Assembly: GCA_963837465.1 (NCBI GenBank)
Contig: CAWINB010000004.1
Coordinates: forward strand, 330,853-394,852
Length of the DNA: 64,000 bases
DNA from: Candidatus Doudnabacteria bacterium
GTDB lineage: Bacteria > Patescibacteriota > Doudnabacteria > UBA920
Direction: 5' to 3'
Positions 49,400 through 59,612 of the stretch are shown here, in pieces. The notes beneath the pieces are model-generated. The model did not search any database, was not told where the DNA came from, and saw only the letters and a list, made by a program, of their open reading frames with translations. Within the stretch, counting starts at the first letter, position 1. Each line of letters begins with the position of its first letter. The translations under genes and the position numbers were made by a program.

Positions 49400-50210
49400 G
49401 CCGCCGGTGTCGGAAACTTATGGTGTTGAGATTTCGCAGTCAGCGATTTCCGGCATCACGGATAAAGTTTTTCCACAAATGAAGGAATGGCAATCCAAAC
49501 CGCTGTCGTCATTATATCCGTTGCTTTATTTGGACGGTCTGTGGTTTAAAGTTAGGGATAGCGGCAAAATTGTAACCAAGTGTGCCTATATTGCTTTGGG
49601 TATTTGGATTTGCGAGAGCGAGGGCGCAAAATTTTGGTTACAGGTTTTGAGCGAGATAAAAAATCGGGGCGTGGAGTCTGTGCTTATTGCTTGCGTGGAC
49701 GGCTTGAAAAGTTTTCCCGAAGCTATTAAAACTGTGTTCCCGGAAGCCGAGGTGCAAGCCTGCATAGTTCACCAAATTCGTCACACCATAAAGTTCGTGT
49801 CCCACAAAGACCGAAAAACTTTATGCGAAGATTTAAAGAGCGTTTATGCTGCACCATCTGAGGTGGTTGGGTTACAGGCTTTGGAGGAGGTTAAGCAAAA
49901 GTGGCCCCAATACAGTTTCTGCTTAAACAAGTGGGAACAGAGATGGACTGACCTTGCGCCATTCTTTGGCTATCCCGAGCAGATTCGGCGGATAATGTAT
50001 ACCACTAACGCCATAGAAAACCTAAACCGCCAGTTTCGCAAAGTCACCAAGACCACGCAGGTCTTTCCGCACGATGACTCTCTGCTTAAATTGCTCTGGC
50101 TGGCGCAGGACGAGTTGGCAAGGAACTGGGTTATGCCCATGCATAACTGGGGTCAAATTATCACCCAGTTTGCTATCCTGTTTCCAGATAAAATAAATAC
50201 AGAAAATTAA
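49400..50210 (+). pseudogene. IS256-family (Mutator-like) transposase, C-terminal fragment
   Basis: ...LYLDGLWFKVRDSGKIVTKCAYIALGI...ACVDGLKSFPEAIKTVFPEAEVQACIVHQIRHT...YTTNAIENLNRQFRKVTK. The N-terminal ~130 aa are missing. The track ORF start at 49209 is read-through. Confidence 0.8.
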
Positions 50211-50382
50211 TTATTAACTGAACTTTCCCAAATTTGCCCGGCGGTAGAATAGCTCAAAAACCTTAAAGAATTTGGGCAAAATGGGCTATTTACAGCCTAT
50301 GTGGGTATCTCACTTGCAACAGTTTCGATTATATGTTAATATGGTTCTGAAAGATACGGTTAATCGTATCTAATGGAAACAT

Positions 50383-51003
50383 ATGCAGTTTTACGAACTT
50401 AAGGAACAATTAAAGGATTTTATGGTTTTTTCCTTAGCCGATATTCGGAAGGTAGAGCCGAAGTTTTACAGGCCACGCTTGAGTGAGTGGCAGGATAAGG
50501 GTTTGCTGAAGAACTTGCGCCGGGGCTTTTATATGTTCGCCGATACAAAGCTAAATGAAGAAACGTTTTTTTTAATCGCCAATAAGCTCTATGCGCCGTC
50601 CTACGTTTCCTTTGAAATGGCCTTGTCTTATTACAACTTAATTCCTGAAGGCGTATATTCCATAACTTCTGCTACGAGCAAGAAGACAGAAAAGTTTAAG
50701 ACGCCGGTTGGGGAATTTTCCTACCGCAGCTTAAAGCCGCAGCTGTTGTTTGGTTACAATTTGCAGGGCAACGGCAAGCAGCAATACAAGTTGGCGGAAA
50801 TTGAAAAGGCAGTTTTAGATTATCTTTACTTAAATCCAAAGTCTACCAGCAAGGCGGATTTGCAGGAGTGGAGATTTAATGCCCGGGAATTTTTAGCCCG
50901 AGCGGATATGGACAAGTTTAATAGGTATGTTAAAGTTTTTAATAGCCCAAGTTTGGAAAGACGGGCAAAGCAATTTATAAAGTTTATTAAGCAAGCACAA
51001 TAA
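50383..51003 (+). CDS. abiEi: AbiEi-like antitoxin/transcriptional regulator (type IV TA)
   Basis: 206 aa with a wHTH-like N-terminus. Immediately upstream of and overlapping (TAATG) the AbiEii gene. Confidence 0.5.
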   Translation: MQFYELKEQLKDFMVFSLADIRKVEPKFYRPRLSEWQDKGLLKNLRRGFYMFADTKLNEETFFLIANKLYAPSYVSFEMALSYYNLIPEGVYSITSATSKKTEKFKTPVGEFSYRSLKPQLLFGYNLQGNGKQQYKLAEIEKAVLDYLYLNPKSTSKADLQEWRFNAREFLARADMDKFNRYVKVFNSPSLERRAKQFIKFIKQAQ

Positions 51004-51779
51004 TGCTGACTTTAGAACAAATTGAACAGCAGTATCCGGAAAACTTACGAGGCTTTAAGCGTTCGCTGCTTCGGGAGTATTTGCAGTATAAGATTTTAGA
51101 AATTATTTTTGCCTCTGAGTATGCCACCAAGTTAGTTTTTATCGGCGGCACGGCTTTAAGGATAGTTCACGACAACAGTCGTTTTTCGGAAGATGTGGAC
51201 TTTGATAATTTCGGATTAACGGCAGCCGAGTTTGAGGAGACATCGCAAAAGGTTAAGGCAGGACTTACAGCGGAAGGGTTTAATGTTGAAATAGGCTTTA
51301 GGGGTAAGGAATCCTACCGCTGTGATGTAAAGTTTCCCGGCTTACTCTTTGGGAGCGGACTTTCGCAGCACGAAGGCGAAAAGATACTGGTGCAAATAGA
51401 TAGTTTATCCCAAGGCTTTAGCTATAAGCCTGAACGTAAGATATTAAACAAGTTTGATGTTTTTACGGAAATTTTTACCCCTTCGCCCGAGTTATTACTA
51501 TCTCAAAAGATTAACGCTATTTTTACACGGAAGCGGGCAAAGGGCAGGGACTTTTATGATGTTGTGTTTTTACTATCCTTTACAAAGCCAAACTATCAGT
51601 TTTTGACGCAAAAGTGGGGAATTGAGAATGGTGAGGGATTAAGAGCAAAGCTAATGGAAATGGCTTCCAAGCTCGATTTTAAGGATTTGGCACGGGATGT
51701 AGAGCCGTTTCTATTCAATCCGAGTGACAGTAAGAAGGTTGAGTTATTCGCGGATTTTATTAAGCAAGCTAAGTTGTAA
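51003..51779 (+). CDS. abiEii: AbiEii/AbiGii family nucleotidyltransferase toxin (DUF1814)
   Basis: ...VFIGGTALRIVHDNSRFSEDVDFD... matches the AbiEii NTase motif. Confidence 0.8.
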   Translation: MLTLEQIEQQYPENLRGFKRSLLREYLQYKILEIIFASEYATKLVFIGGTALRIVHDNSRFSEDVDFDNFGLTAAEFEETSQKVKAGLTAEGFNVEIGFRGKESYRCDVKFPGLLFGSGLSQHEGEKILVQIDSLSQGFSYKPERKILNKFDVFTEIFTPSPELLLSQKINAIFTRKRAKGRDFYDVVFLLSFTKPNYQFLTQKWGIENGEGLRAKLMEMASKLDFKDLARDVEPFLFNPSDSKKVELFADFIKQAKL

Positions 51780-51784
51780 GTTAG

Positions 51785-51865
51785 CAATTAATTGATCTTT
51801 TAAATTTTTAATACAGTAGTAGTTTGTCAGGCAATTTCCGTTTACAACGGCTCAGAAACACCTCC
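51785..51865 (+). repeat. right-arm repeat X copy 2 ending in CACCTCC (51859-51865)
   Basis: Near-identical to 34588-34670. Followed by ctccggctacag, similar to atacggctacaac after 46056. Confidence 0.8.
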
Positions 51866-52033
51866 CTCCGGCTACAGAAAATGCAAATACAGAAACTGTC
51901 CAAGAATGAAATCGCCCGCTCGTAATTGAGAGGGTTTTTGATTATAAGAGACCGATGGGTTGTGGTTCATGTTACCTCTGGACAGTTTTCGGCCGTAGGT
52001 TATAATTAAGGCAAGATATTAACTAATTATTAT

Positions 52034-52399
52034 ATGGGGACTTATGCAGGAGGCAGGCCAGGTGGAGAAGTTGACCCGGGGCTTATTGCCGGTCAAATTT
52101 TGGACAAATCAAAAAAAGGCGAAAGCAAACAGAAACAGCCTTTAGCCGAGGCTCTTGCTGATAAGGCATTATCGCGAGACCAGATGTTTCAAAAGCTGTA
52201 TAGTATGGTGCCAGCAATGGAACGCTATGCCGAATCACGGCTCGGCAGCCATAAAGCCAATGCGGCCGACATTGTGAGCAAGGCCATGGCCTACGTGATT
52301 CAGAGTGCAAGCGTTACCTTTTGGGTGCTTATTTCCGGAAATTTTTTTACGAAAAAACTTAATCAAAATCGCAATGTTCAAGAAATACGCGTGTTTTGA
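52034..52399 (+). CDS. hypothetical protein
   Basis: 121 aa ORF only. Confidence 0.3.
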   Translation: MGTYAGGRPGGEVDPGLIAGQILDKSKKGESKQKQPLAEALADKALSRDQMFQKLYSMVPAMERYAESRLGSHKANAADIVSKAMAYVIQSASVTFWVLISGNFFTKKLNQNRNVQEIRVF

Positions 52400-52558
52400 A
52401 ATTTTCATTTCAACACACACATATCCCTTGAAGCAACTTAACTAGTTAAACCACGATTTTTTGTCTTAATTGTGTTTTAAAAATACAATCTCACGCACCC
52501 AAAAGGTAACGCTCTCATTCAGAGTATAGATAACGGGGTTTTTCGGTTTAATGCGCCG

Positions 52559-52891
52559 TTGAGCAGTTGGTTTAAAATCTCGGTAAATGGGCGCATCCAG
52601 GATCGTTTTCGGTCGGCAACTAACGACCCCTTGGATCGAGCGGAAAGCATGGATGCGCCTATGGAGTCGGCAAAAGGGGATGAAAGCTATCGCCAGTATG
52701 CTGATTCTACTCCAAATATCGAGGAAAAGTTGGTGGCACAATCCAACGAACAGGCGCTTAAAAGAGGTATCGCCGTGCTCCTAAAACAGAACCAAAAACT
52801 TGGCGACGTTATGAGTTTGGTTGCCGACGGTTTAACCAACCAAGAAATCGCTGAGCGGCTAGGCGTTAATAGCAACCAAGTCAAAGTATAA
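52559..52891 (+). CDS. LuxR/GerE-type HTH domain protein
   Basis: C-terminal ...LVADGLTNQEIAERLGVNSNQVKV is a typical LuxR-family HTH. Confidence 0.5.
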   Translation: MSSWFKISVNGRIQDRFRSATNDPLDRAESMDAPMESAKGDESYRQYADSTPNIEEKLVAQSNEQALKRGIAVLLKQNQKLGDVMSLVADGLTNQEIAERLGVNSNQVKV

Positions 52892-52965
52892 TGGACTGGG
52901 AATCCTGTACAGGTATATTAGATAGAAAATCGGGGGTATAATACTGTCAGGAAGGAATAACAAAA

Positions 52966-53256
52966 ATGAAAAAGGTGTTTACCCCGCAGCAGAAAGCTGC
53001 GGTAGCCCTGGAGGCCATTAAGGGCGAATTAACAATTGCACAGATTGCCAGTCAATACGAAGTTCATCCCACTCAGATCGCAGTCTGGAAGAAACAGGCC
53101 ATAGAGATTTTAAAGGCCGGCTTTACCGATAAGCGTAAAAAGGAAAATTTTGACCAGCAGAGGATAACTGATGACCTCTACAAGACCATCGGCCAGCGCG
53201 ACATGGAGCTGGCCTGGCTTAAAAAAAAGTTGCAGCCATTTGGACTTTCAGACTAA
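52966..53256 (+). CDS. IS3-family transposase OrfA (HTH)
   Basis: MKKVFTPQQKAAVALEAIKGELTIAQIASQYEVHPTQIAVWKKQ...LKKKL; ends in an A8 run (53221-53228). Confidence 0.8.
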   Translation: MKKVFTPQQKAAVALEAIKGELTIAQIASQYEVHPTQIAVWKKQAIEILKAGFTDKRKKENFDQQRITDDLYKTIGQRDMELAWLKKKLQPFGLSD

Positions 53257-53705
53257 ACAGAATTTAATTATTCCCGGTCTCCAAGGCCTTTCCATTGCCA
53301 GGCAAGCAAAGCTCCTTAATATTTCCCGCTCCGGTTTTTACTACAAGCCCGCGTCCCTAAGCCCTGAAGAAATTCGCATCATGGGCTGTATAGATAAAAT
53401 CTTTACCGATTGCCCATTCTACGGCTCCCGCAGGATCAAGCACGAGCTGGAAAGTCAGCCGTACAAAATTTTCATCTGTCGAGAGCATGTGCAACATCTT
53501 ATGCGCCAGATGGGACTGGAAGCTATATATCCAAAAAAAATTACTACCATACCTAACCTGCAGCACCTTAAATACCCCTACTTGTTAAAAAATTTGCCTA
53601 TTGTGAGGCCTAACCAGGTCTGGGGCACGGATATTACCTACATTAAGCTACTCGGCGGCTTCTGTTATTTAGTCGCCTTACTGGACTGGTTTTCCCGATA
53701 CGGGG
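53222..53705 (+). pseudogene. IS3-family transposase OrfB, 3'-truncated (only the start of the DDE core retained)
   Basis: ...YGSRRIKHELE...RPNQVWGTDITYIKLLGGFCYLVALLDWFSRY, then unrelated sequence. OrfB lies in the +1 frame relative to OrfA across the A8 run (canonical IS3 uses -1). Confidence 0.65.
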
Positions 53706-54229
53706 AATATAGGGATACAAAAAATCAACCGTACATAGAACTGCAAAAATCCGGGTGGAAAGGTGAATTAGGTCAAGAGCTAAAAAATAGATTTAGCTCT
53801 GCCTCTGAACAATCGCATGCAAACTTGTTTAAAATGATGTTTTGGAGAGGCTCAAGAACAGAAAAAGAAAATGGTCAATTTAAGATAGTAGATCGTTTTG
53901 AATTTTTTGACAATCCAAACCCGCCAGATTGGATGATAACTAACCTCCACTGGCTGATAGACACCTCTTTTACCATACTGATTTTGTTGTCAGAAACTTT
54001 TCAGGAACCTCAAAAAAACAGTGATTTTAAAAAAGCAGTACAGACTAAATATTCAAAGTATAAAAAATACATACTTGAGAACCAGGACAAAATATTGATT
54101 AGACATAAGCTCACATATATTCCAGAAGAAGAAGTTTAATTTTTTGGTCAAACTCCACTGTCGATATTTTATAATTGATTTGTTATGACCGTTGGTTGTT
54201 TTTTAAAATTTTTGTTATAGTTTTATCGG

Positions 54230-54480
54230 AGTAGTGAGAGTTGGTGTTTTTAGCCCTTTTGGCTAAAACACTGCCGTGTAATAAGTCCGCCATCCGCCTT
54301 GTGCGGTGGATTTGCCCGAGTAGGGTGAAAGGTGCGGTTAAAAGCGGCAGTGGCTTACGGGTCCACCAAGAGTTCAGCCGAGCAATAACTGGAGCAAAAC
54401 CGAGGGCTGGAAAGCGAAATAGGATTTTCCTCTCGCTTGCTACTCCCGCAAAGAACTTCCAATTTTGGGAGTTTTTTGTT
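54230..54480 (+). ncRNA. candidate structured small RNA (unclassified)
   Basis: Hairpins gtgtttttagcc-cttt-tggctaaaacac; 8-bp stem cactgccg...cggcagtg enclosing GNRA-like loops; ends ctccc...gggag followed by TTTTTT. The 83-aa ORF here has an implausible composition. Confidence 0.2.
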
Positions 54481-54525
54481 TTTAAACAATAGGGAATATG
54501 GAGGTATTGTTATAAACACCTCATT

Positions 54526-55152
54526 TTGTGGTATAGTATAGGTATGAAAATGTTGCTTGAATTTGACTACAAAAAAGCCACCCAAGCGATAAACTACCTC
54601 ACAAAAAAAGAGGGCGGACAGATTGATAAACTGAAACTCATTAAGCTTGTCTACCTCGCAGATAGGTATCACTTGCGGCGATATGGTCGGCCGATGGTCA
54701 ACGATGCCTATTTTGCCATGCCTCTCGGCCCAGTTGGTTCATCCGTAAAAGACATTGCGGAGTTTTCTGGTTTTCTTGATGGGTCAGAACTAACCTATGC
54801 TGTAACATATTTGGGACGCGGGGGCGTTGAAAATACAGTGGTGTCCATAGCAGATGTTGATACGGGAGTTTTTTCAAAGAGCGAAATCGAAGCTCTTGAT
54901 TTTGCCTATAATGAGTTTGGCGGACAATCAGCCCCGTCTTTAGTAAATATTACACATCGCTATCCGGAATGGGATAAATTTAAGAGTGCGCTCCAATCAA
55001 AAGAAACAACCCGTGAGCCGATGTCTTATACTGATTTTTTTAAAAACCCCATCAATGGGACAGAAGATAAATTTGTCCTCTCAAGTGACATACTTGCGGC
55101 TTCCAAAGAACTTTTTGATGAAGACTACAAGATTGCCGAATACTGGAGATAA
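54526..55152 (+). CDS. Panacea-domain (DUF4065, SocA/PanA-like) putative antitoxin
   Basis: ...LKLIKLVYLADRYHLRRYGRPMVNDAYFAMPLGPVGSSV... matches the DUF4065 core. Confidence 0.6.
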   Translation: MWYSIGMKMLLEFDYKKATQAINYLTKKEGGQIDKLKLIKLVYLADRYHLRRYGRPMVNDAYFAMPLGPVGSSVKDIAEFSGFLDGSELTYAVTYLGRGGVENTVVSIADVDTGVFSKSEIEALDFAYNEFGGQSAPSLVNITHRYPEWDKFKSALQSKETTREPMSYTDFFKNPINGTEDKFVLSSDILAASKELFDEDYKIAEYWR

Positions 55153-55173
55153 ACGGGATAACCGATATACGGA

Positions 55174-55627
55174 TATGAAAATCCCAGCGCACATTCGCAT
55201 TTTAGCGACAATACAACCTGGCTCGATTTATTATTTTGAAGAAGAGCAACTCTCTTCACCAGAGCCGCACTACTTCATAGTTTTGAATAAAGACCCGCTC
55301 ACAGAGGAATTTCTTATTCTTGTTTGCGCTTCTTCCCAAGTTGAGAAGCGTCGGCAGATAGCAATAAAGCTGGGCTTTCCAAAAGAAACTTTGGTATTTG
55401 TATCACCATCCGAATGCTCGCTTTTCACAAAGGATACCGTTATAGATTGCAACAGGGTTTTTGAAAAAACTTCGCAGTCTCTCATTGAAAAACTTGAGCA
55501 AGAGAATCTCAAAGTATGCGCAGAAGTAATTGCCACAGAGATTATCGCCAAACTGATACAGGGAGTGTTGGCAAGCTCGCAAGTATCCGAAAAGATACAG
55601 CAATTACTCTTAAATCATACCAACTAA
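55174..55627 (+). CDS. candidate toxin partner of the Panacea protein (MazF/PemK-like SH3-barrel pattern; tentative)
   Basis: ~151 aa from MKIPAHIRIL... (the track ORF starts earlier at 54986). ...GSIYYFEEEQLSSPEPHYFIVLN...LILVCASSQ...CSLFTKDTVIDCNRVFE loosely follows the MazF pattern. Confidence 0.35.
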
Positions 55628-55655
55628 GCCCCGGGCTTAAAAATCCTATGCATAG

Positions 55656-55982
55656 TCAGCCAGCGTAAACTTTAGCAAACCTTGTTCGAACCTCTCTGCA
55701 GGTGGCGAGCCACATGGGACGAACAACCTCGAAAGAGGGGGTTCGTCCTTTGTTTATCGATGGATTCTTTTGTTCGAACCTTGCAGATGCCTTTGGTTCT
55801 TGCTTGATGCCATTTTTTATTATTTCCAGCTCTTCAGGCAAGCAAACATTGAGGATTTTGTTGATTAGGGTTGTGTTCGAACCTAATTCCGAAAGTATCT
55901 CTCGTTTCTTTTTAATATCGCCGTGCTTCAACAAATATTTGGCTTGGAACACAAAATCACCGTACGGCAGTGGCGACACCAA
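55656..55982 (-). CDS. hypothetical protein
   Basis: 108 aa ORF; a competing + strand ORF overlaps; uncertain. Confidence 0.25.
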   Translation of the reverse strand: MVSPLPYGDFVFQAKYLLKHGDIKKKREILSELGSNTTLINKILNVCLPEELEIIKNGIKQEPKASARFEQKNPSINKGRTPSFEVVRPMWLATCREVRTRFAKVYAG

Positions 55983-56587
55983 ATTGTAGTAGAACCTAAA
56001 TTAACAAAATAAATCTCTCTTGCCTGAAGAGAGATTATTGGTGTTAGTTTTGGTTTTGGTAGATTTTTTGGTTTAGCCATTGGCTTGGACAATTTTTTGC
56101 AGATCGAGAGGTTCGTCTTTTTTTGCGTTTTTCATTGGCGCGGTATCGTATACATATTTAAGCAACGAATCCAAGGTAAACGAACCAAACTGTTTTATTA
56201 TGGTATCAACGATGTCTTTTTTTACCGGTGCTATATTCAACTCTACTGGCTTGCCGGTATATTGGAAAAGAAAATAGACTTCATCGGGATGGGATACTTT
56301 ATTTTGTTGTTTGACCTCAATAAATTTATGGGCTTCAAGTGGGCACAGTCATAGTTGAAAGTCAGGGATGAAAAGCAATTCCGAAGCACCAAGTTTTTGC
56401 CAGCCGGGGCCGACATAAAAACTTCACAGTTCATTTATGGTAATACCCTGGCTATTATTTCCCTCAATAAGCGCAAGCCCGTAGCCATAATCATGGAAGA
56501 CCCGGATAGTGGATGTTACCAATCTGCCGCGAGGAACCTTTATTGAATCGTGTTATAATAAAGGAAATTAACCCATTAGAAATAAAT

Positions 56588-57043
56588 ATGAAAATCCATA
56601 CCCAGACTGATAAAGAGAGGCAGCAGCAGTTAAAGCTGTTTTATGATTTCATAAGATCGCACAAGCTGGCGGTTATGGCTACGGTAACCGGAAGCGCTTT
56701 GCCTGAAGCTGCGGTGGTAGGCATTGGGGTGGAGGAAAACTTGCAATTGCTTTGCAGCACTTTCAGCACCTCCAGGAAATATGAAAATATTAAACTGAAT
56801 CCGAAAGTCGCGTTGGTCATTGGCTGGGAACACGGTAAAACGGTGCAGTACGAGGGGACGGCCGAGGAGTTAAGTATTGAGCAGGCCGAAGAAAATCCGC
56901 TGCGGGACGGATTGGAAAAAATACCGGCCATTGCCAAGTATGTACAAAGGGAATACGGCGTGTTCTATAAAATTAAGCCAGAGTGGGTTAGAATGAGCGA
57001 TTTATCGGTAGACCCATGGGAACGGTTTGAAATTAAGTTTTAA
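56588..57043 (+). CDS. pyridoxamine 5'-phosphate oxidase-like FMN-binding split-barrel protein
   Basis: ...LAVMATVTGSALPEAAVVGIGVEENLQLLCSTFSTSRKYENIKLNPKVALVIGWE... Start set at ATG 56588; the track ORF begins at 56513 upstream of a TATAAT. Confidence 0.65.
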   Translation: MKIHTQTDKERQQQLKLFYDFIRSHKLAVMATVTGSALPEAAVVGIGVEENLQLLCSTFSTSRKYENIKLNPKVALVIGWEHGKTVQYEGTAEELSIEQAEENPLRDGLEKIPAIAKYVQREYGVFYKIKPEWVRMSDLSVDPWERFEIKF

Positions 57044-57080
57044 CTAAAAATAATTAAGAACCTGTTTTAAAACAAAACAT

Positions 57081-57638
57081 ATGAACGAAACACAAAATGT
57101 TGTGCAAATCCCCGAGCCGGCCTTGTCGCGGTTTTTATTCGCCGACAGCCGCTTTGCCTGGTTCTGGCTTATCGTCAGGTTGTATGTCGGCTGGCAGTGG
57201 CTTTCGGCAGCTTGGGAAAAATTCAACAGCCCCATGTGGGTGGGTAGTCAGGCTGGTGTTGCCATTAAAGGCTTTCTTATGGGTGCCGTGCAAAAAGCTG
57301 CCGGAGCTCATCCTGACGTTTCCGGATGGTATGCTGCTTTTTTGCAGAACTTTGCCATTCCCCACGCCGCGGCTTTTTCTTATGTGGTAACTTATGGCGA
57401 ATTGTTGGTAGGAATTGCCTTGATTTTGGGCGTGCTTACGGGTATAGCGGCTTTCTTTGGCACGTTTATGAACTTGAATTATTTGTTTGCCGGAACCGTC
57501 AGCATCAATCCTTTATTGGCCGTATTAGGATTGTTCTTGATTTTGGCTTGGCGCACAGCAGGCTGGTACGGGCTGGACCGCTGGTTGTTGCCAACCTTGG
57601 GCACGCCTTGGCAAGCAGGCAAAATATTTAAAGGTTAA
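57081..57638 (+). CDS. DoxX-family membrane protein
   Basis: 185 aa, four TM segments, ...RLYVGWQWLSAAWEKF... DoxX pattern. Confidence 0.65.
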   Translation: MNETQNVVQIPEPALSRFLFADSRFAWFWLIVRLYVGWQWLSAAWEKFNSPMWVGSQAGVAIKGFLMGAVQKAAGAHPDVSGWYAAFLQNFAIPHAAAFSYVVTYGELLVGIALILGVLTGIAAFFGTFMNLNYLFAGTVSINPLLAVLGLFLILAWRTAGWYGLDRWLLPTLGTPWQAGKIFKG

Positions 57639-57678
57639 TAGGTTCTAGAAAAAATTAATCTTTACTATAATATGCAAT

Positions 57679-58470
57679 ATGCAACCATCCTTACAACAGC
57701 TTATAAACCTTAAAGACAAAACTGCCGTTGTTACCGGCGGCGCTATGGGCATTGGCTTTGGTATCGCGTATCGGCTTGCAGAAGCCGGAGCCAATGTAGT
57801 TGTCGCGGATATGAATGAGAAAGTTGGCAAGGCTTCAGCAAAGCAATTGGCTGATAAAGGCTGGAAAGCCGGCTTTGTCAAGGTTGATGTCTCTGATGAT
57901 TTGCAGGTAGGGGCGGCAGTGGAATTTGCCCGCAAAACCTACGGCGGCATTGATATTTTAGTCAATGACGCCGGCATTTATCCCATAGCTCCGATCATGC
58001 AAATGGCTGTGAAGGATTTTGAGAAAGTCCTTGCCGTAAATTTAAAGAGTGTTTTTCTTTTTACCAAAGCCGTGGCGCAAGTTATGATAGAGGACGGCAA
58101 GGGCGGTAAAATTATAAACATCACTTCCGTGGACGCTCTCCATCCTTCTTCGGTGGGTTTGGCTGTTTATGACGCTTCAAAGCATGGGCTGTGGGGTTTT
58201 ACCAAAAATACCGCCTTAGAACTGGCGCCGCATAACATTCAGGTTAATGCCATAGCCCCGGGCGGTATCGCTACACCCGGCACAGGAGCGGGCCAAGCGC
58301 AAACTCCGCAAATAGAGGCAGTCACCAAAGAATTTTTGAAAAAAATTCCCATGAAGCGCATGGGTGATCCCGACGACATCGGCAAAGTCGCCCTGTTCCT
58401 TGCTTCCGACCTTTCCAGCTACATGACCGGGTCACAGGTAGTGGTTGACGGAGGAGTTTTGCTGGCCTGA
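57679..58470 (+). CDS. SDR-family oxidoreductase (FabG-like)
   Basis: TGGAMGIGFGIA (TGxxxGxG), NDAG, YDASKHG (YxxxK), PG. Confidence 0.9.
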   Translation: MQPSLQQLINLKDKTAVVTGGAMGIGFGIAYRLAEAGANVVVADMNEKVGKASAKQLADKGWKAGFVKVDVSDDLQVGAAVEFARKTYGGIDILVNDAGIYPIAPIMQMAVKDFEKVLAVNLKSVFLFTKAVAQVMIEDGKGGKIINITSVDALHPSSVGLAVYDASKHGLWGFTKNTALELAPHNIQVNAIAPGGIATPGTGAGQAQTPQIEAVTKEFLKKIPMKRMGDPDDIGKVALFLASDLSSYMTGSQVVVDGGVLLA

Positions 58471-58489
58471 TAAATTATTATATAATCGC

Positions 58490-59072
58490 ATGACCGGCTA
58501 CAAAGATGTTTTGGGTATTGTTACTTTATTAATCGCAGTAGTCAGCTACAGTTTTTATTTTAAAGATGTCTTTTTGGGCCATACCAGGCCGCAGCCTTTT
58601 TCTTGGTTTGTTTGGTCAGTCCTTTCTGCCGTAGCCTTTGCCGGCCAAATTGCCTCAACTGCCGGGCCGGGCGCTTGGATTACGGGATTTACTGCCAGTG
58701 GTGTGCCTTATCATTTCCGTAATAGCTTCCTTTAAAGGAGCAACGCAATTTAAAATTTTAGACTGGATTTCGCTGTTTGCGGCTTTAGCGGCGCTCCTGC
58801 TTTGGTATTGTACAAGGCAGCCGGTTTTGGCAGAGATGTTGGTAAGCGCGGCTTATGCGCTAGGTTTTATCCCAACCATTGTAAAAAGCTACAACAAGCC
58901 CCAAGAAGAAACGGCTACCACCTTTGGGCTAAATTCCATTAAGTTTGGCATTTCCATTTTTTCCTTAACCGTTTTTTCCGTTGCCACCTGGCTGTATCCG
59001 CTGACACTTTTTGTCTTAAATGGTTTATTTGCCATTATGCTGTTAGCGCGCCGTCAGCAAACGGCTGGTTGA
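58490..59072 (+). pseudogene. membrane protein split across two frames (possible frameshifted gene)
   Basis: ORFs 58445-58735 and 58638-59072 overlap in different frames. Both are multi-TM and together resemble one ~200-aa membrane protein. Confidence 0.3.
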
Positions 59073-59168
59073 ATTAAAAGCAGGTTCTAGCTTAAAATCT
59101 GCCCGGCTATACGGAATATTGTGCCAAAGCGCATTGGTCCCTCATGTCGGCGATTTTCTAAATTAGTC

Positions 59169-59612
59169 ATGAATCCCATAATTTTCCTTATCCTCAATCT
59201 GGCTTTAGCCTTTTATAACGTCGGTACCATCTGGGCCATGGAAGTGGATATTTTCCGCTCCTGGAAACTTGCGGGCGCTGATTTTCCCAAAGTCCAGGAA
59301 GTTCACTGGCGAAAACTTCCTTATTGGGTTTTTGCTCCGGTAGTTTCGGCCCTTTTAGGCGGCATCGTGCTGGTTTGGCATCACCCGGCCAACTCGCCAG
59401 CTTGGGGATACTTCGGAGCTTTGCTGTGCCAAGCCGCCTCTTTAATTTTAACCGCCATCTTTTGGGGGCAGTGGCAGGCAAAGCTGTCCAAAGATCCGCT
59501 CGGTCCTAACTGTTTGTACTTGCAGAAAATTTTAGCCACCCACTGGATCAGAACCTTGCTTGTCAATGCCTATGCTTTTATCTTGCTGGCATGGATGGTA
59601 AAAATCATATAA
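59169..59612 (+). CDS. hypothetical 4-TM membrane protein
   Basis: Start taken at MNPIIFLILNL; the track ORF starts at 59121. Confidence 0.4.
   Translation: MNPIIFLILNLALAFYNVGTIWAMEVDIFRSWKLAGADFPKVQEVHWRKLPYWVFAPVVSALLGGIVLVWHHPANSPAWGYFGALLCQAASLILTAIFWGQWQAKLSKDPLGPNCLYLQKILATHWIRTLLVNAYAFILLAWMVKII

Noticed and set aside
56040-56590. Short + and - strand ORFs (56080-56546) between the hypothetical gene at 55656 and the PNPOx gene
   Set aside because: Mutually overlapping, low-complexity. A minus-strand fragment (…VPRGRLVTSTIRVFHDYGYGLALIEGNNSQGITINEL) is interrupted by stops. Treated as decayed remnants, not genes.
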